Assembly (NCBI RefSeq): GCF_006345805.1
Contig: NC_042998.1
Location: 109,058,001 to 109,122,000 of the forward strand
Direction of reading: 5' to 3'
Source of the DNA: Octopus sinensis
Taxonomy: Eukaryota
Length of the DNA: 64,000 bases
This document shows, one piece after another, positions 12,039 to 26,174 of the stretch. The notes below the pieces were generated by a model. It saw only the letters and a program-made list of their open reading frames with translations, was not told where the DNA came from and did no database searches. Every line of letters starts with the position of its first letter. The first letter of the stretch is position 1. Made by a program: the position numbers and the translations under genes.

Positions 12039-15000
12039 TTAAAAATTATATTATAACCATGTAAGTGTGCGTATTTTTAATTTCTTATATACATTACAAT
12101 CCACCACGCGGGGACAACCGAAATTCCTCTTTTCTGTTACTACTACTATATATATATATATGTACATATATATATATCCCACATGTGTACGCTTGTGTTC
12201 TGTGTGTTTGTTTGTAAACATACATATAACTGTGTGTGTGTGTGTTTGTGTGTGTGATTGGGTTAAGACGTGGTTACTAAAGAACATGTTAAGCGATTAC
12301 TAGCGCATATCTTGTAAGTGTTGTTATACTTGTTTATCATCATCTATAGTGTAGATCGTTTTGAACGCTCATGATGGAATATGTTCCAGTCATACCTATC
12401 TTGTAGTTTCCGTATTCGGAGAGGACACGGGACCACATGATTGAAAGTATCCTTTTATACAATGGAAGGGCGTGATATAAACGATACGGTAGCTATTTAT
12501 TGTATGTATGTCTACCATATGAACATATAAATACAGCAGCTGTGATTTCATTGATAAAAAATAATTATTCATTCGTGAAATGCTCGCATTATTCGTAGTA
12601 CAGAGGACGCTTCTGATATGTGCGTGTAGTGTTGTCTATTGGTGTAAATTTATTGAAATATAGATCAAATCACCTGTTAATTACCATACGTGAAATCTAA
12701 CGTCACTTTCATGGAAACTATAAACGTAAATATGACACATATTTCCGATTGCACCTATGCACTGTCTATTCAGTTTCGACTAACATCTGCGCTTGCGCAG
12801 CCAGTAGACTTGGTAGGAAGTTATTTTTCATTCAATGTAATTAAACACACACACACACATACACATCTAGATGTGTAGGTTTCATAAATATAGATTTGAG
12901 TACCGTAGGTAAACAAGATTTTATAGACTGACAAATCAGCTCGGCTAGTTTAGCCTGGTCAATATCTGGCTTATGAATAATGTTTATTTCATTCAATTTG
13001 TAGACAAGGCACTCTGGCTTAACCGTGGTGTTTGTTTGCTCTGCAATGTTATATATATATATACCTACGGAATGCTCACAATAAAATTTACTTACAACTT
13101 ATCCACAAAAGCTTTATCTCCGTAATTTAGAAAATATGCTTCGCCGATGTTTGTACAGAAATATAAGTAAGGTATTTACCGGTTATCTTATTTTCCAAAA
13201 GTAGTTGGTAACTATGTTCTCCTTCTTGCCTTCTCTCTATGGAATAGGTATCTTAAACAATCCTGATAATCATGTCATTTTGCTCAGTGATGTTCAATGT
13301 ATATTTATTAAACTTACGCAAGTAAAATTATTTACAACTTACATTGTCCAAAATATTAGCACATGCAAACGAAACTTTGTTCCCAGTACTCTGTATGGTG
13401 TTTGAGATTAATAAGTATTTGCTATGATCTGAAATGAGATTATGAGAAAGTTATGTTTCTAAAATAGTATTTTTTTTATTCATCTCACATTTTATTTAAA
13501 TACAGAAACGTATTTCTGTGAGTCACGCATTTTTACATGTGAGAATTTTTCACATCACATACGCTTTGGAATCATTATAGAGAGTAGATTAGCTGTGAAA
13601 AAGTATAAAATTCGCATGAGATATATTTAACATTGATAAAGGAACAATATGTCCTCGTGTATTCCATTATCCTAAAAGGTTCAATATCATATTCGTATAA
13701 ATACAGCAGGGATAATTTCGAGACGTGAATTTACAGCAAAACTAGCATGGCAGTTATTGTTATATTAAACTGTAAAACATCTTGGTCGGCTTTGCTGCGT
13801 AATTGCTCTAAGGAATATGGAATCCAGTAGTTACATATTCATTATAAAATAGTCTACTTTGGAAAGCAACTCAGTGTGTGTCGAACATTCTTTTCTTCTT
13901 TCCATTATTATGCTTTCAATAATTATGTCTTCAGCTATTTTTTTTTCGTGTGTCTCCAGTTACTTGGAACCAATAGGTCGTTTCCGTTAAAATTATAATC
14001 AAAGAATCAATCTTTGTGGAAAATAAATCTTTCCGTAATCCCAAGCATTTTTCAGAAAAACACCTAAAGCAATCAGATATCTCTTTCATAGGTTTCTACA
14101 GCTAAAATCAATGTAAACCAAGCTTGCCATTCAGTTAAAAACTGGCAAGTATATTTTAAAAAATAATAAAAGGCTACTGATCTACTGATTTGGCTACTAT
14201 ATTAAAATACTTCGTAAACAATGGCGTTCTTGTGAATAGAACAAGCTATTGAAATCAGTTTATTTTTCTAAACACCACACCACTCTGGCAAATAATTTTT
14301 TACACCTTACTACTTTGCCAAGTAATTCTTTTAGCCTGTTAACTGTGTATATCTTGAGGGGTACACTCTTAACAGAAATCAATGCTTATGAAATAATCTC
14401 TGCCATCTTAATTCCATAAGGTACATCAGCTGCCTTAAACATTTCTTCAGGTGAAAGACATGGAGTCTATTGATATTTTGTTACAAAGTTACTCATTTAT
14501 TATTGTGATCATATATTGGTTATACTATTGTAACAGAGGTTACTTCAACGTATTTCTATTGTCTGTATGCAATGACAAGCAAACGAAAATGAATGTCTTA
14601 AAATATGTCACTAACTTCTCGAAAGAAAATTATGTATCTCAGCAAGATGTAACTTGAGAGTGGTCTTAGGAAGGTCTAATGTGATATTTTGCTATATAGC
14701 ACTGAGACTGATATATTCACTTCATTGGCATATGACTAAAGGCACTTTATCAGTTACTTTATTTGCTTCATTCTCTTATCGGGGACTACACTATCTAATG
14801 AATCCTTATCTTTTTAAGTCAATAGGGCGCATAATGAAGAGGGATTTAGTTGAAGTTTTTAGCATGTAGAGTGTCCTCATAGTGATCCACCTTTGATTCG
14901 TAGCAGCAGACATGTCTACAATTCATACAGTTGTCCAAATGGAATCAGACAAACAACTTCTGAAATTCAGAAAACAAATCAAAACATCGATACTGTGGAA

Positions 15001-16084
15001 TTTTTGATCGATGCGATCAATACGTTCCACGTGCTTGACAACAAGATTACTGAGGTCTGGAATTGGGTAGTGTTGATTACTCTGTACGGTGACGAAGTAA
15101 TTTAGATAAGAGTGTACACTATACGATGTTCCCACATTATGGTGAAGACACTCCAGTTCGTTTTGATAGGACTTTCAATTTCGAAATATATATTGATATA
15201 TTTACAATACATGTAAGGAGAAAGCAGCCGGTAAATATTTCTACAATTAAACAGCCTTCATTATATTCATTCATTCTAGCACTCATTTTTACATACGCAC
15301 GCGCGCGCGCACACACACATACGCATACACAAACTCATATCGACCAAATATAACCTGAAGTCCAAAAACCGAAAGCACATAAAGAGCGTAGAAATTTACA
15401 GCAAAAATACAACAATCGAAAAAGTGTTCAATAAAGATGAATGCACCGAAGCCAAAAACGTTTCGAGAATTACACATTATTAAGGAGAATAATAATTAAG
15501 ATTTACATAAATGAACTAAAGTAGAATGCACAATTGTCGTCCATGCATTTATATGATTCCAATAATCAGACATCACGGAGAACGAACTAAATTCTATGCC
15601 TGTTCTCGTAACTATCGTAATCAATCAAACTGTACCTTGACTGATGAAAATTTCAACCAAAATCTATCCAGAAAAGGAAGCTAATTTTAAAACTCTGGTC
15701 ACTCGGGATATTTACGGCAAAGCTCTACGACTGTCTATCTCACAGTACATTTGAAAATCATGAAAAGATGAAGACGATTAAATTACTGTAAATAATCTTC
15801 TTAAAAGTGAATTTTTGATTTCATTCTTCATACTTCTCACAAGAAAAAATTATTTGTGTGTGTGTGTTAGCGTTTTGGTTTGTCTTCTTATGCTCGTCCA
15901 GTCATTGGGTGGTGACCATATTGATGCACTAACTTCAAGTATTTATTTGATTGATCTTAACTTAAACCTACGAGTATCTATTTCAATCTGGTCTCTATTT
16001 ACAGAATGGCTAGATAACAGGACAAAACGTTAGTAAGAGGGATTCTAAGACCAGTATAGCCTTTATATATATTTATATATGGAA

Positions 16085-16650
16085 ACGAGAATGGGCTCCA
16101 ACTATGAACCTGTTCGTTGGCTACGTTGAAGCCCAAATATTCTCAAGATTCAATGGTCCCATTCCTGAAATATACAGTTGTTATACTGATAATTGTATTG
16201 GTGCGACATCGCTCCCCTTGAGCAACTACACTCCTTTCTCTCCTTTGTCCAATCCTCTGTCCAATCCTTCCATCCTGCCCACGAATTCTCTTGAACCATT
16301 TCCAACACTTCCCTCGCCTTTCTCGACATTTCGATCAACATACACAACTCTACTCTCACTACGTGCATCCACTACAAACACACCGACTCACACTCCTACC
16401 TCATCTTCTCCTTCCACCCTACACACACGAAGCTATCCATCCCCAATTCCCAATTCCTCCGTCTGCACAGGCTCTGCAGTGACAACCATGACTTTGAGCC
16501 TCCATCTCAACTCATAGCTCGCCACTTCATCCTTCGTGAATATCCCCTCACAACTATCCACACTGCCCTTGCCAGAGCACGTCCCGTGGTCCATGCCTCT
16601 GCTCTCTCTCCTCGCACCCGCCCCGCCGTTGCCCGTCTCTCGTTTCCTCT
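16085..16650 (+). mobile_element. Decayed PLE RT/thumb fragment (third PLE family)
   Basis: MGSNY.NLFVGYVEAQIF...PEIYSCYTDNCIGA; with shifts SFHPA..TISNTSLAFLDISI...IHYKHTDSHSYL..SFHPTHTKLSIPNSQFLRLHRLCS. Confidence 0.85.
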
Positions 16651-17829
16651 ATTATAAACATTTCATCGAAATTTAGAGATAATAAATATTACATATCATT
16701 GTCTATCAAAATAATAAACAGTAAAATATACAAATAATAAAAATCGAATGTCGTTGCAATAATATGCTTAAAAGTTAATGACTATATATGTAGGTATGAA
16801 ATTGTATGTGTTCGAATAAATCTTTAGACTATACAATATGTTTTGAAAGTGGGTCATCATCGAATATTTTGAAGAACAAAAATTGTTTTGTGGTAATTTT
16901 AAAATAGGATTATTTGAAAGAAGTGGTTAATCTCGAGTAGTAGAGAAAGTGGAAATGTCTGGCTTTATGACCACAGGGAGAAATGAGCTAAGTAAGAGCA
17001 GCGTGGAATTGAAAACGCATAATATTCACAATTAGTATTTCGTTCGTTTTCATCTTGTGGCTATGTAACAAATTACCCTCCCAAAGTAAGTTCGCTTTTG
17101 AGGTGAGCCCTCGCGGCCCTAATCTAAGGTATTTTAAAACCACTATCGCTGATTTCGAATCCTATGTAGTTCTTATATAGAATGCTTCCTATCCCGTTTG
17201 ATTAATGAATATCTATGGGAGCTGAACATTGCCTTAAAACGTTTCCTTTTCATCTGATATGAGATGCTGTATCATTCACTCTAGGTATAATCTCTTCAAC
17301 TCTTTCACACACACTTCACCCGGTATGAAATTGCGTGATTTTCAAAACAAAAAAAAACATATGTACTTTTTCTGTTTTTAAAAAGTTTTTTCTATATAAA
17401 ATTAATTTACCTGCTTTTCTAACTCAGAAGCTTCTCTTTGCACTTTTCTCTATATACTATACGAGCAAAACGCCCCCCGTCCTATGGACAGTGCTGAGTT
17501 GTTAAAAATTTAAACCAAATTTACTTAAAACAATTTGTCCGACCGTCCCATAGGCCTCCTCTTTGAGAAACACTGATTTAACCTAAATTTGAGACACCAG
17601 CTAAAGAAGAAATAAAGATGGACTTTTTTCTATTCCAAAGAAAAACGATTTTATTTACACAATTATGCATCCGAATAGTTTAAAGTACCAGTAATGATAA
17701 GGTTGTTGACTGGGAGAGCACAAACATGGCTTAAATAGTAAGCTTGGCAGGAAAGAGACGTGCCTTTAAACAGTACAAAAACAGCAAAAAATGGAAGGTG
17801 CGGTTATGTGCAGGTTGACGGAAGAAAAG

Positions 17830-18085
17830 CAGGATAAAAACGGCTTTATCGATCGCATTCCCATCTGGAATCGATTTCTGTAATTTTTTCGAGATTTATA
17901 CACGCCCTGATACCGTTGGTATCTACATATCAAATTTGAGTGCAATCGGATGGAGGATGCCCGAGATCCGAGAAGACACACACACACACAGACAGACAGA
18001 CAGAACGGATTTTATATAAGAGATATTTTGAATACCGGTCACTGAGAACGTGAAATTCGAATAACCGGACGCTGGGTGCCAGCTT
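17830..18085. mobile_element. Possible non-autonomous Helitron/Helentron (HINE-like) element
   Basis: caaatttgagtgcaatcgg...ccgagatccg, then a (CA)n/(GACA)n microsatellite and ttttatataagagat, resembling HINE/DINE-like architecture. Confidence 0.45.
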
Positions 18086-18449
18086 TTATAAAACCACGCA
18101 CGTACAGACACACACGCACACACACACACACAGACGCACAGACGCGCGCGCGCACACACACATACATATGCACACACAAACACACACACACAAGAAAACA
18201 GACAGATACACACACATACTCATACATATAGTGGTATTCTAAACAATTACTCCGTGACAAGATCTACTCAACATTACGGTGAACGTGAGGTTGTCGTAGG
18301 AGGCACATGAGAAGGTAAGTGGCATACTTAGAGATCGAACTAACTCAGAATCACATACTTTCGAACCGAATCGCGAAATCTCAGAGCTATATCTAAGTCT
18401 ATGTCATCTATCTATCTATAATACACACTCTACATAAATTCACACTCAC

Positions 18450-18482
<33 letters not shown>

Positions 18483-18553
18483 TGTATGTATGTATGTATG
18501 TATGTATGTATGTGTATTCATGTATATCATAGCTAGATATGTCTGTGTGTATG

Positions 18554-18588
<35 letters not shown>

Positions 18589-18768
18589 TGTGCGTGCAGT
18601 GAGATGTACGACCACTAATATATGAGTTAGAGCTTCATATGGATTATCATTATCCTGTCAGCTTCCGATATTGTGGTTAGTCCATCTCTGTACTTAGCAG
18701 TATTACAAGTTGTGATATACAAGGCAAATGTAGTGAAAAAATAAGATAAACACATGAACAGCTTAATA

Positions 18769-18866
18769 CAGTGGTACCCACCCTTTTCAACACTAAGGAC
18801 TCTTTTTATTTAAATGAGTTTACTCACGAATCCCTTTTAATATGTTTATACTTTATATATATATAT

Positions 18867-18912
<46 letters not shown>

Positions 18913-18996
18913 GAAATTTTGAACTTACTTCACGGCCCCCCAATGCTACTTTTGTAGACCACCAGGGGTCCGCAGACCACAATTAGGGAACCACTG
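18769..18996. mobile_element. Non-autonomous hAT MITE
   Basis: TIRs cagtggtaccca / tagggaaccactg; perfect 8-bp TSD gcttaata at 18761-18768 and 18997-19004; internal (TA)n. Confidence 0.9.
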
Positions 18997-19141
18997 GCTT
19001 AATAGTTCCCTCGTGCGTTTCACTATTATAGTTATATGGAACTCAACATTGGCTGTTTTAAGTGCATGTGGATGCCTAACCGCAAGGAATTATCAGGAGG
19101 ACACTTTATACCATATTGTTACAGAGATCTAATATCTGAAG

Positions 19142-19193
<52 letters not shown>

Positions 19194-19429
19194 GTGTGTT
19201 TGCATTTAACCTATTATCCTATTAGCAATTTCAGACAGAGGCTGTGCCCATTCTAAGGCACTGTCATTATCTTAGTCTTACCTTCTGGGCCTGTCACCGG
19301 AACTGGTCCTGGGAAATTAGAGAGTTAGACAGAGCTGTCCTTCTTTGCGTTTTCTTTTTCTTTTCTTTTTTGCCGTGATGTGAATTCATTTGAAACATTA
19401 GATAAAAATTAGTTTGATTGTTCTTTGAA

Positions 19430-19890
19430 CACATCTACATTTTCGCCTCACTTCTTTTAGCTTCTCCCATGAATCCATTTGTTGCACTGAGGTAACCTTC
19501 TTGGTACAGTGGCGTTGGATTGCCTCGAATTCTGTAATTAATTTGGAGTCTTTTGGCGACTATAATTGAGAGCAGTAAACTAGGTGACTGAGCATGAATG
19601 TTCTCTATAGGAGCAACATGGTTTCCCTTTTTCATGTTCTGAATGATCTAAGATTCCAACCAGTACTCGCCTGCACAGTGCCATCTTAGTAGTATGCACA
19701 TAGAATGATGCATCATTACCCATATGGATTCCCAGGTTACGCACCGACTCGGACACTGGGATTGCAATACCCACTAGTTCTGCATATTTTGATTGCAGTT
19801 TGTTTCGAGGCCGACAGCCGTATGCTTGAAACTTGTCAGGACCGACTTGTGATCCAAGCAAAGATTTCTAAAAATGACCTGAAATAAATT
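19430..19890 (-). mobile_element. Decayed CR1-group LINE RT C-terminal fragment
   Basis: IPVSESVRNLGIHMGNDASFYVH..KMA, then with shifts WIL.SFRT...ELEAIQR..TKK; the same region as in the 48 kb copy. Confidence 0.75.
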
Positions 19891-22800
19891 TTAATCAATT
19901 TATGAAGTGAATTCAGTCTAGAGCAAAAGAGAAATTCAAAGCTGGAGAGAAATAGCAATATTATATTTTAGAAACTTGAATGGATATTCCAGAATAAATG
20001 GCACCTTTTCTAAAGTCAATTTCATTTCCCTTTCCCTTATAGACCTGGTATCTTCTACTCATACAAAAAATATATGAATCAGAAATTAAATATCCTTGAT
20101 AATTAAACAGAGCTAGTTTTACCATAAATATTCCTCAACACCATATGAATTATTGTTAGGAAAAATGTATTTAATATTCTTTCACCTAGCATTTCCTCCA
20201 ATTTTTCATAGCGTTACTTATAAATTTTTCTAAAGTCTTACAGCATTACAAATAAATTTTTCAATTGTATTTATATTAGATTATTTTCATTTTCCCCACT
20301 GCATTTTTTATATTTGTTGACGTTTATTTGCCTAATTTGCAAGATCCTCAAAGCAAAGTGTATAGGACCAATTACAGTTAGAATCGAGAGAAAGTAAACA
20401 CTTCTTATTTTTATTTCCTTTTCTATCATTGGCTTCAGTTTTGGTCTCAAAAATCATCATTTCATTTTACAACTTTTGAAAAATTGTCGGTCCATGAGTT
20501 GATCCTAAAAATATTTTTACAAAACTATGTTGAATGCAGTCTGGATTTTCTTGCATTTGTACGCAAATATTTAGAGATTTTCGATATTCATAGAGTATAC
20601 CAAAGTTATATATTTGTAAACACATTTTGCTACATGTACATATACCTGTCTATTTGCGATTTGTTTTCTATTGTTCACAAATTATACTTTGATACCATTT
20701 TAGAGATATAAATATATTCTTTCTAATTCATAAGAAAGAACGTTCGAATAATCTGAAACTCTAATATGAATTATGTTATCTAAGCAAAGTTGTCAAATAT
20801 GCTGCATTCTATAACTATCTGAAAGTATATTAAAATTGCCTACTAAATTAGTGTTACTAGGTCTGTCTTCTAGAAGATCATTTTATTACAAAATCTAATT
20901 TTGATTTCAGAAATGTTTTTAAAATTTAGTTAATCCCATTTTATATGCCTAATATCTAATGGCTTTCTTGCGCTGAAACAACATCATATTGGGGTTTTAC
21001 ATAATTTATATTTACAAAAGTTACATCTAGACAGTTATTTGTGTTCAAGTAATTACGTTTTCTGACATTAAATCTGAGACGTAATTTGGTTTCTATAAAT
21101 CTACATCTCAAAGTTTCATTTACCAACATTCCAACACTTTCACGTTACTTTCACGTCAAACTTATGCACCACTTCAATTATATATTGCATATATGAACAT
21201 TTCAGCTGGATTGCAATTCTAAACCTTATTTTCTTTACAGTTATCGATAAAACAGTGTCTATGCTGATGCAAATATTTTGTCGATTTCCAATTAATCAAT
21301 AGACTTTATCTGAATATGAGGCTAATTGTGAATGGTATAACTTGTTTTAAGCAGCCAGAGCATTGTGCATTTTTATACGCTTGCTAAATGCTCTGTTTCC
21401 GGTTCTCGGTAACTACAATGATGAGTGCGTGAGAATTAAATAGGAGAAGAGAACTGGTTGCATGTTGGAGAACTGGATAAGATGACTGAATAGATAATAG
21501 CTACTGAGATGGCCTAGGAAAACATTAGAGCAGCCAACAAACATCTTCAAAGTAGTCGGTAAACTTGTCTTAGTAAAATCTATTGTTTAATTCATTTGTT
21601 TAGTCTAAAACCAGAATAGAAGTTTACCCTAATTCAGATACGTTATGAAAGATAATGTATCTTTTCAGTTTGTGAATGCCTGCTTAGTTTCGGAAGCTGT
21701 TGAGTATGTTTTCCATGATCAGATGTCCACCAAATATGTTGTAAATAGTCGACTAACTAAAGTACCAAACTATAACCTGTTTATTTCAAGATCATAGCTT
21801 TTTCGTTTGTTGTATTGTGTTTTCTGTAAAACCAGTTGATCTAGTTTCTTAACCTGCTATAGAATCCCTCCTGATGAGTATATTATATATATTTCTCATT
21901 AGCTTGATGAACAGTCTCTTTGTGTGTGGGTGAAAAGAGGATCCTTTGATAACTGCTTTATTAATTATAGGCAATAAGTAGAGGATTATACAAACTCCCA
22001 CCAATTCCAGTCTGCAATACAGTTTCAAACCTTAACTGCGGTCATATTTCATTTGTATTACCAATTCCATAGGAAAAGGTATGACTATTACAACAGACTG
22101 AATGATATTTTTTTCTGTATAACAGAATGAGTAGTTTATTATTGAAGATAATACTCCCCATGGATGGGGGTATATTTTTCCTTCTGAAAAATTCTGCATC
22201 AAGTATCTCACGAGTTATGTGCCAGTTGTAATAAATATTAATAGTTATAGATATATCATTAGCTATTAAACATTCGTTATAACACATATCATGTGCTATA
22301 TCATGCTACCTATATCTCACCTGTTGTAAGATATAGGACATAATATCAATATTTATAAGATATATCATCGATGATTATATGGCATCTCACTGGTTATGAG
22401 ATGCATCGTTGGACATAAGACATGCTACCAGCTATAATATATATCGCTGGATATAATACATCTCTAGACATATGACGTTGTTGCAATATAACATATGTCA
22501 TTGAATATGAACCATCTCACTTCCTATAAAAGTCATAAAAACATATCACTAGGTATAAGGGATGCCACTGGATATAAATCATATAACTGGCTATAAGATA
22601 TCTCACTAGCTATATAATATGTCACTGGTAATAAAACAATTTACTGTACAAATAATAGATAAATAAATATAAAACATTACTGGTTATAGAACATTTCATT
22701 CATTTCTTTAACTATAAGAGATATCTCACAAGTTATAAATGGGACTTTTTTCACATGGAGAAAACAGATATTAATTTTCTTCTTCAAAACACTTAAAAGA

Positions 22801-23789
22801 CACGGTGATTTTGATAGTATTTAATCTCAGAATGTAATTCACAAAACTGATTGTGAATTATTCAAAAAAATTCATTATTCTGCAGCATGGCTACCTTCAC
22901 ATTGATATGTACTGAAGCAAGTAAAATAAAGCACTTTCGTTAGTTCACTGTCAAGAGTTTGTATTTATTACGTCTGAAAATCTGCATAGGTATAGGCTAG
23001 AGTATAGAGCTCGACCATAGTCAGACACACTTGTATTGTTTGCTCCTATTACTTAATGATTCAGAAGGTATTGAAATGTTAACAAATGATTATAATTAGG
23101 ATTCTTTCCATTTTTGCGAATACCGCTCAGCCAGGAAGATGTTTAATGCTTCTTCATAAAAGTAGCACATTATCCTTTTGCTATTAGCCTCATTGTTATT
23201 ACGGTTTGCTAATTCTAATGGATATATATTAATTATGCGCTGACGTAATCAAGCTGTCTGTTCCTGCTTTTAGTTTAGAACAATTGCTGGTTATCACTAG
23301 CGCCTACTTATATTCCATGTTATCTAAACTGGCTATAACTATATGCAAAAACCTCATTCTACTTATTGAACAGATTTATGCTTCATTTCGAATTTTGTAT
23401 TTATATTTAATTGCTTTGTTAATTTGTAACGTCATACATATTTTTACTTAGTCTATAGAGTTTCTATTTTCAATATAATTGTTTCATCATATATGAAAAC
23501 AAGATTTACTTCCATTTCTTAGTCTAGACTGTACTGTATTACGTTTTGAAATGCATGTATCAACTCATTAAATAAATGTACTCTTGCTTTATCATGTGCT
23601 GTTCAATAATTTAAAGTTAGAATCTTTATATTGTATGTTTATTTTAGCTGACCAACATTTATAGTCATATTAGATTGTGCTCTTTGGAAATTTAATGATA
23701 TATTTAAAACATTTTACTGAATTGATACTTTTATTATTCAATCCTTATCATTCAATTCTTATTATTCATATATTTTCCATCTATTTCAG

Positions 23790-23953
23790 GTTTTATTGGG
23801 ACCTCTTCATGTTGGTCTTGCTTATTGCAAATCTTATAATTTTACCCGTAGCAATATCATTTTTTAACGATGATCTCAGCACACACTGGATAGTATTCAA
23901 CTGTATATCAGACACAGTCTTCTTTCTAGATATAATCATCAATTTTAGAACAG
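23790..23953 (+). CDS. HCN: Internal coding exon of an HCN (Ih) hyperpolarization-activated cyclic nucleotide-gated channel, segments S1-S2
   Basis: Translates (R)[54 protein letters not shown](G), matching invertebrate Ih S1-S2 as I recall it ([44 protein letters not shown]). Acceptor is ttttccatctatttcag| ending at 23789; donor is |gtaagt at 23954. Length 164 nt (1 + 54 codons + 1). Confidence 0.96.
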
Positions 23954-24307
23954 GTAAGTCACAAATATATGCTCTTAATTAGACAGTTTGTTTCAAAACT
24001 GTTTTCCTTCTTCAGTTATTATACTGCATCGTTTCATTTCAAGTGTGTTTCAATGCATTTCATGTGTGAATATCTGTCAAAAGTGCAACTTCTAGAAATA
24101 AAATTGAAAACATTGATTAGTTCATATTAAATTCACTGAAAAAGTAGTTTTGTTACAGTATAAACTATATTTTGATATTGTATAGAAAATAATTATGGTG
24201 AAGGAGATCTTCATGATAACTTGATATTAGCACAATAATATTTCAGTTTCATGTGAACATCTATTCTTTAAACATCAATTTAAATGTATTTGCACATACA
24301 CATATAC

Positions 24308-24361
<54 letters not shown>

Positions 24362-24403
24362 AAAGGTTTGAAAATGCAAATTTAAAAAAATCGATGTTAT
24401 TAT

Positions 24404-24448
24404 TTACTTAACCGGTTTCACTCTTTGGTAAAAGATTGTCAAAAGTAA
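24404..24448 (-). ncRNA. Minimal hammerhead-like motif, U3-A8 variant (left arm of inverted repeat)
   Basis: Exact reverse complement of 25625-25669. Confidence 0.58.
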
Positions 24449-25624
24449 CATTGAATATTATGGGTTCAAAAAAAGTTTTTTACATAATTGTCACATTGAA
24501 TATTATGAATTCAAAAATGTTTTTTTATACATAATTGTCACATTACATGTATAAATATAGTATAAAAAAAGTTCAATAGTGTGATGAGAATATTTGGAAA
24601 AATTGGCAGAAAAGAATAAAACAAATATATTATTGGAAATTTGGTTGCGTTAATTATTGGTTGTCGCAAATTGTCACATTACATGTATATATATACAGTC
24701 TTTGGTAGAAAGGACATGTTAAAAGGCATAAGGAAGTGTAATAGTTTGGTGAGAAAGCTTGTAATATTGACAGAGAAAATTAAAATGGATATTTTAGACA
24801 TCTCAGAATATTTTGAATCGAAGGCGAGAATTTGTTTTTTACTGACCTGTTTTTTAGCAGAAAAGTTGAATTGAGAGAAAAAAGATATGTACCCAGTTTG
24901 GTTTATACTTCCCCTTCAAGCATCAGTGATTTTGGGGTTATTGGGAGGTGAGTATGCGGGTGTGAATAGATGTGTCCGTGTGCCTGCTGGTCAGACAGCG
25001 TCTGTTTGTCACACACATATATACACACACACAACAACAACAATACACACACACACATAGTATACACACACACACCACATACACACAACACACACACACA
25101 GAACACACACACCACAACGCACCCACATATAATATATACACACAGCACACAAAATATAACATGTATTTATATATAATACACACATATATAACACATACAC
25201 ACAACACACACACACACACACACACAACACACGCACACATATATACATAATATAAATATCACACAAATACACCTAGCATATATATACACATACAATACCA
25301 TACACAGCATGTATATAATACACATACACAATATATGCATGCAATATACATACGCAATACATACATATAATATATATATATAGACAATGCATATACATAT
25401 ATACATATATACATTAAATAGTGTTTACATACACACATAGATATACCACATATACACACAATATACATACATACAATGCATACACATACACGTACGCATA
25501 CATATAATATATATAGACACACATACACATAACATACATACACAATGCATACATATATATACACGCAACGTATTCAATGTGACAATTATGTAAAAAACTT
25601 TTTTTGAACCCATAATATTCAATG

Positions 25625-25669
25625 TTACTTTTGACAATCTTTTACCAAAGAGTGAAACCGGTTAAGTAA
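25625..25669 (+). ncRNA. Minimal hammerhead-like motif, U3-A8 variant (right arm of inverted repeat)
   Basis: TTACTT-TTGACAA-TCTTTTACCAAAGAGT-GAAA-CCGG-TT-AAGTAA. Stem I 6 bp, palindrome AACCGGTT, GUU triplet. Stem II is imperfect (TCTTT/AAAGA with 2 extra nt). Confidence 0.58.
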
Positions 25670-26174
25670 ATAAACATCGTTTAAATTGCATTTTCAAACC
25701 TTTTTTCATATATAATCCCACTCGTGCGATACCCCACAACTCAACTTTTTTATATATATATATATATATATATACATATCTATATACTTATATATATAGA
25801 TATTTATGTTGTTCATACTTATATATCGGTATACGTGTGCATGTATGGATATGTATGTATGCCGAGGTAGGACGCTATTCTTACTAATTTTTTTCCTATC
25901 ATGCCTGTATTAATTTTGTGATTCTTCAGTGGCTTTGAAATATTTTGACTTCTATTTCTAGCGAAGCAGGTGTTATGTATTACCCCAGATATATATATGT
26001 GTGTGTGTGTGTGTGGTGTGAGTGTGTTGTGTGTGTGTGTGTGTATTAATTTTCCTGCACGGCTTGTGCTCGCGGCCACCAATGATATTATTTTTAGAAA
26101 TATTGTTCTCATATTTATTTGTGTGTATATATTCATATATATTATATATAATATATAATATATATATATATATA

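Larger units (their letters stand above)
24352..25714. repeat. Inverted repeat, arms 24352-24502 and 25571-25714
   Basis: aaaaggtttgaaaatgc...cacattgaata versus tattcaatgtg...gcattttcaaacctttt; each arm carries a hammerhead-like motif. Confidence 0.92.

Noticed and set aside
14300-14470. Minus-strand EMFKAA peptide reminiscent of RTE RT
   Set aside because: It is too short and degenerate to support a call.
15440-15492. GAAACGTT motif on the minus strand resembling a hammerhead 3' half
   Set aside because: The upstream core and stems I/II do not pair convincingly.
17470-17580. hAT-like end tttgagaaacactg
   Set aside because: No matching opposite TIR or TSD was found.
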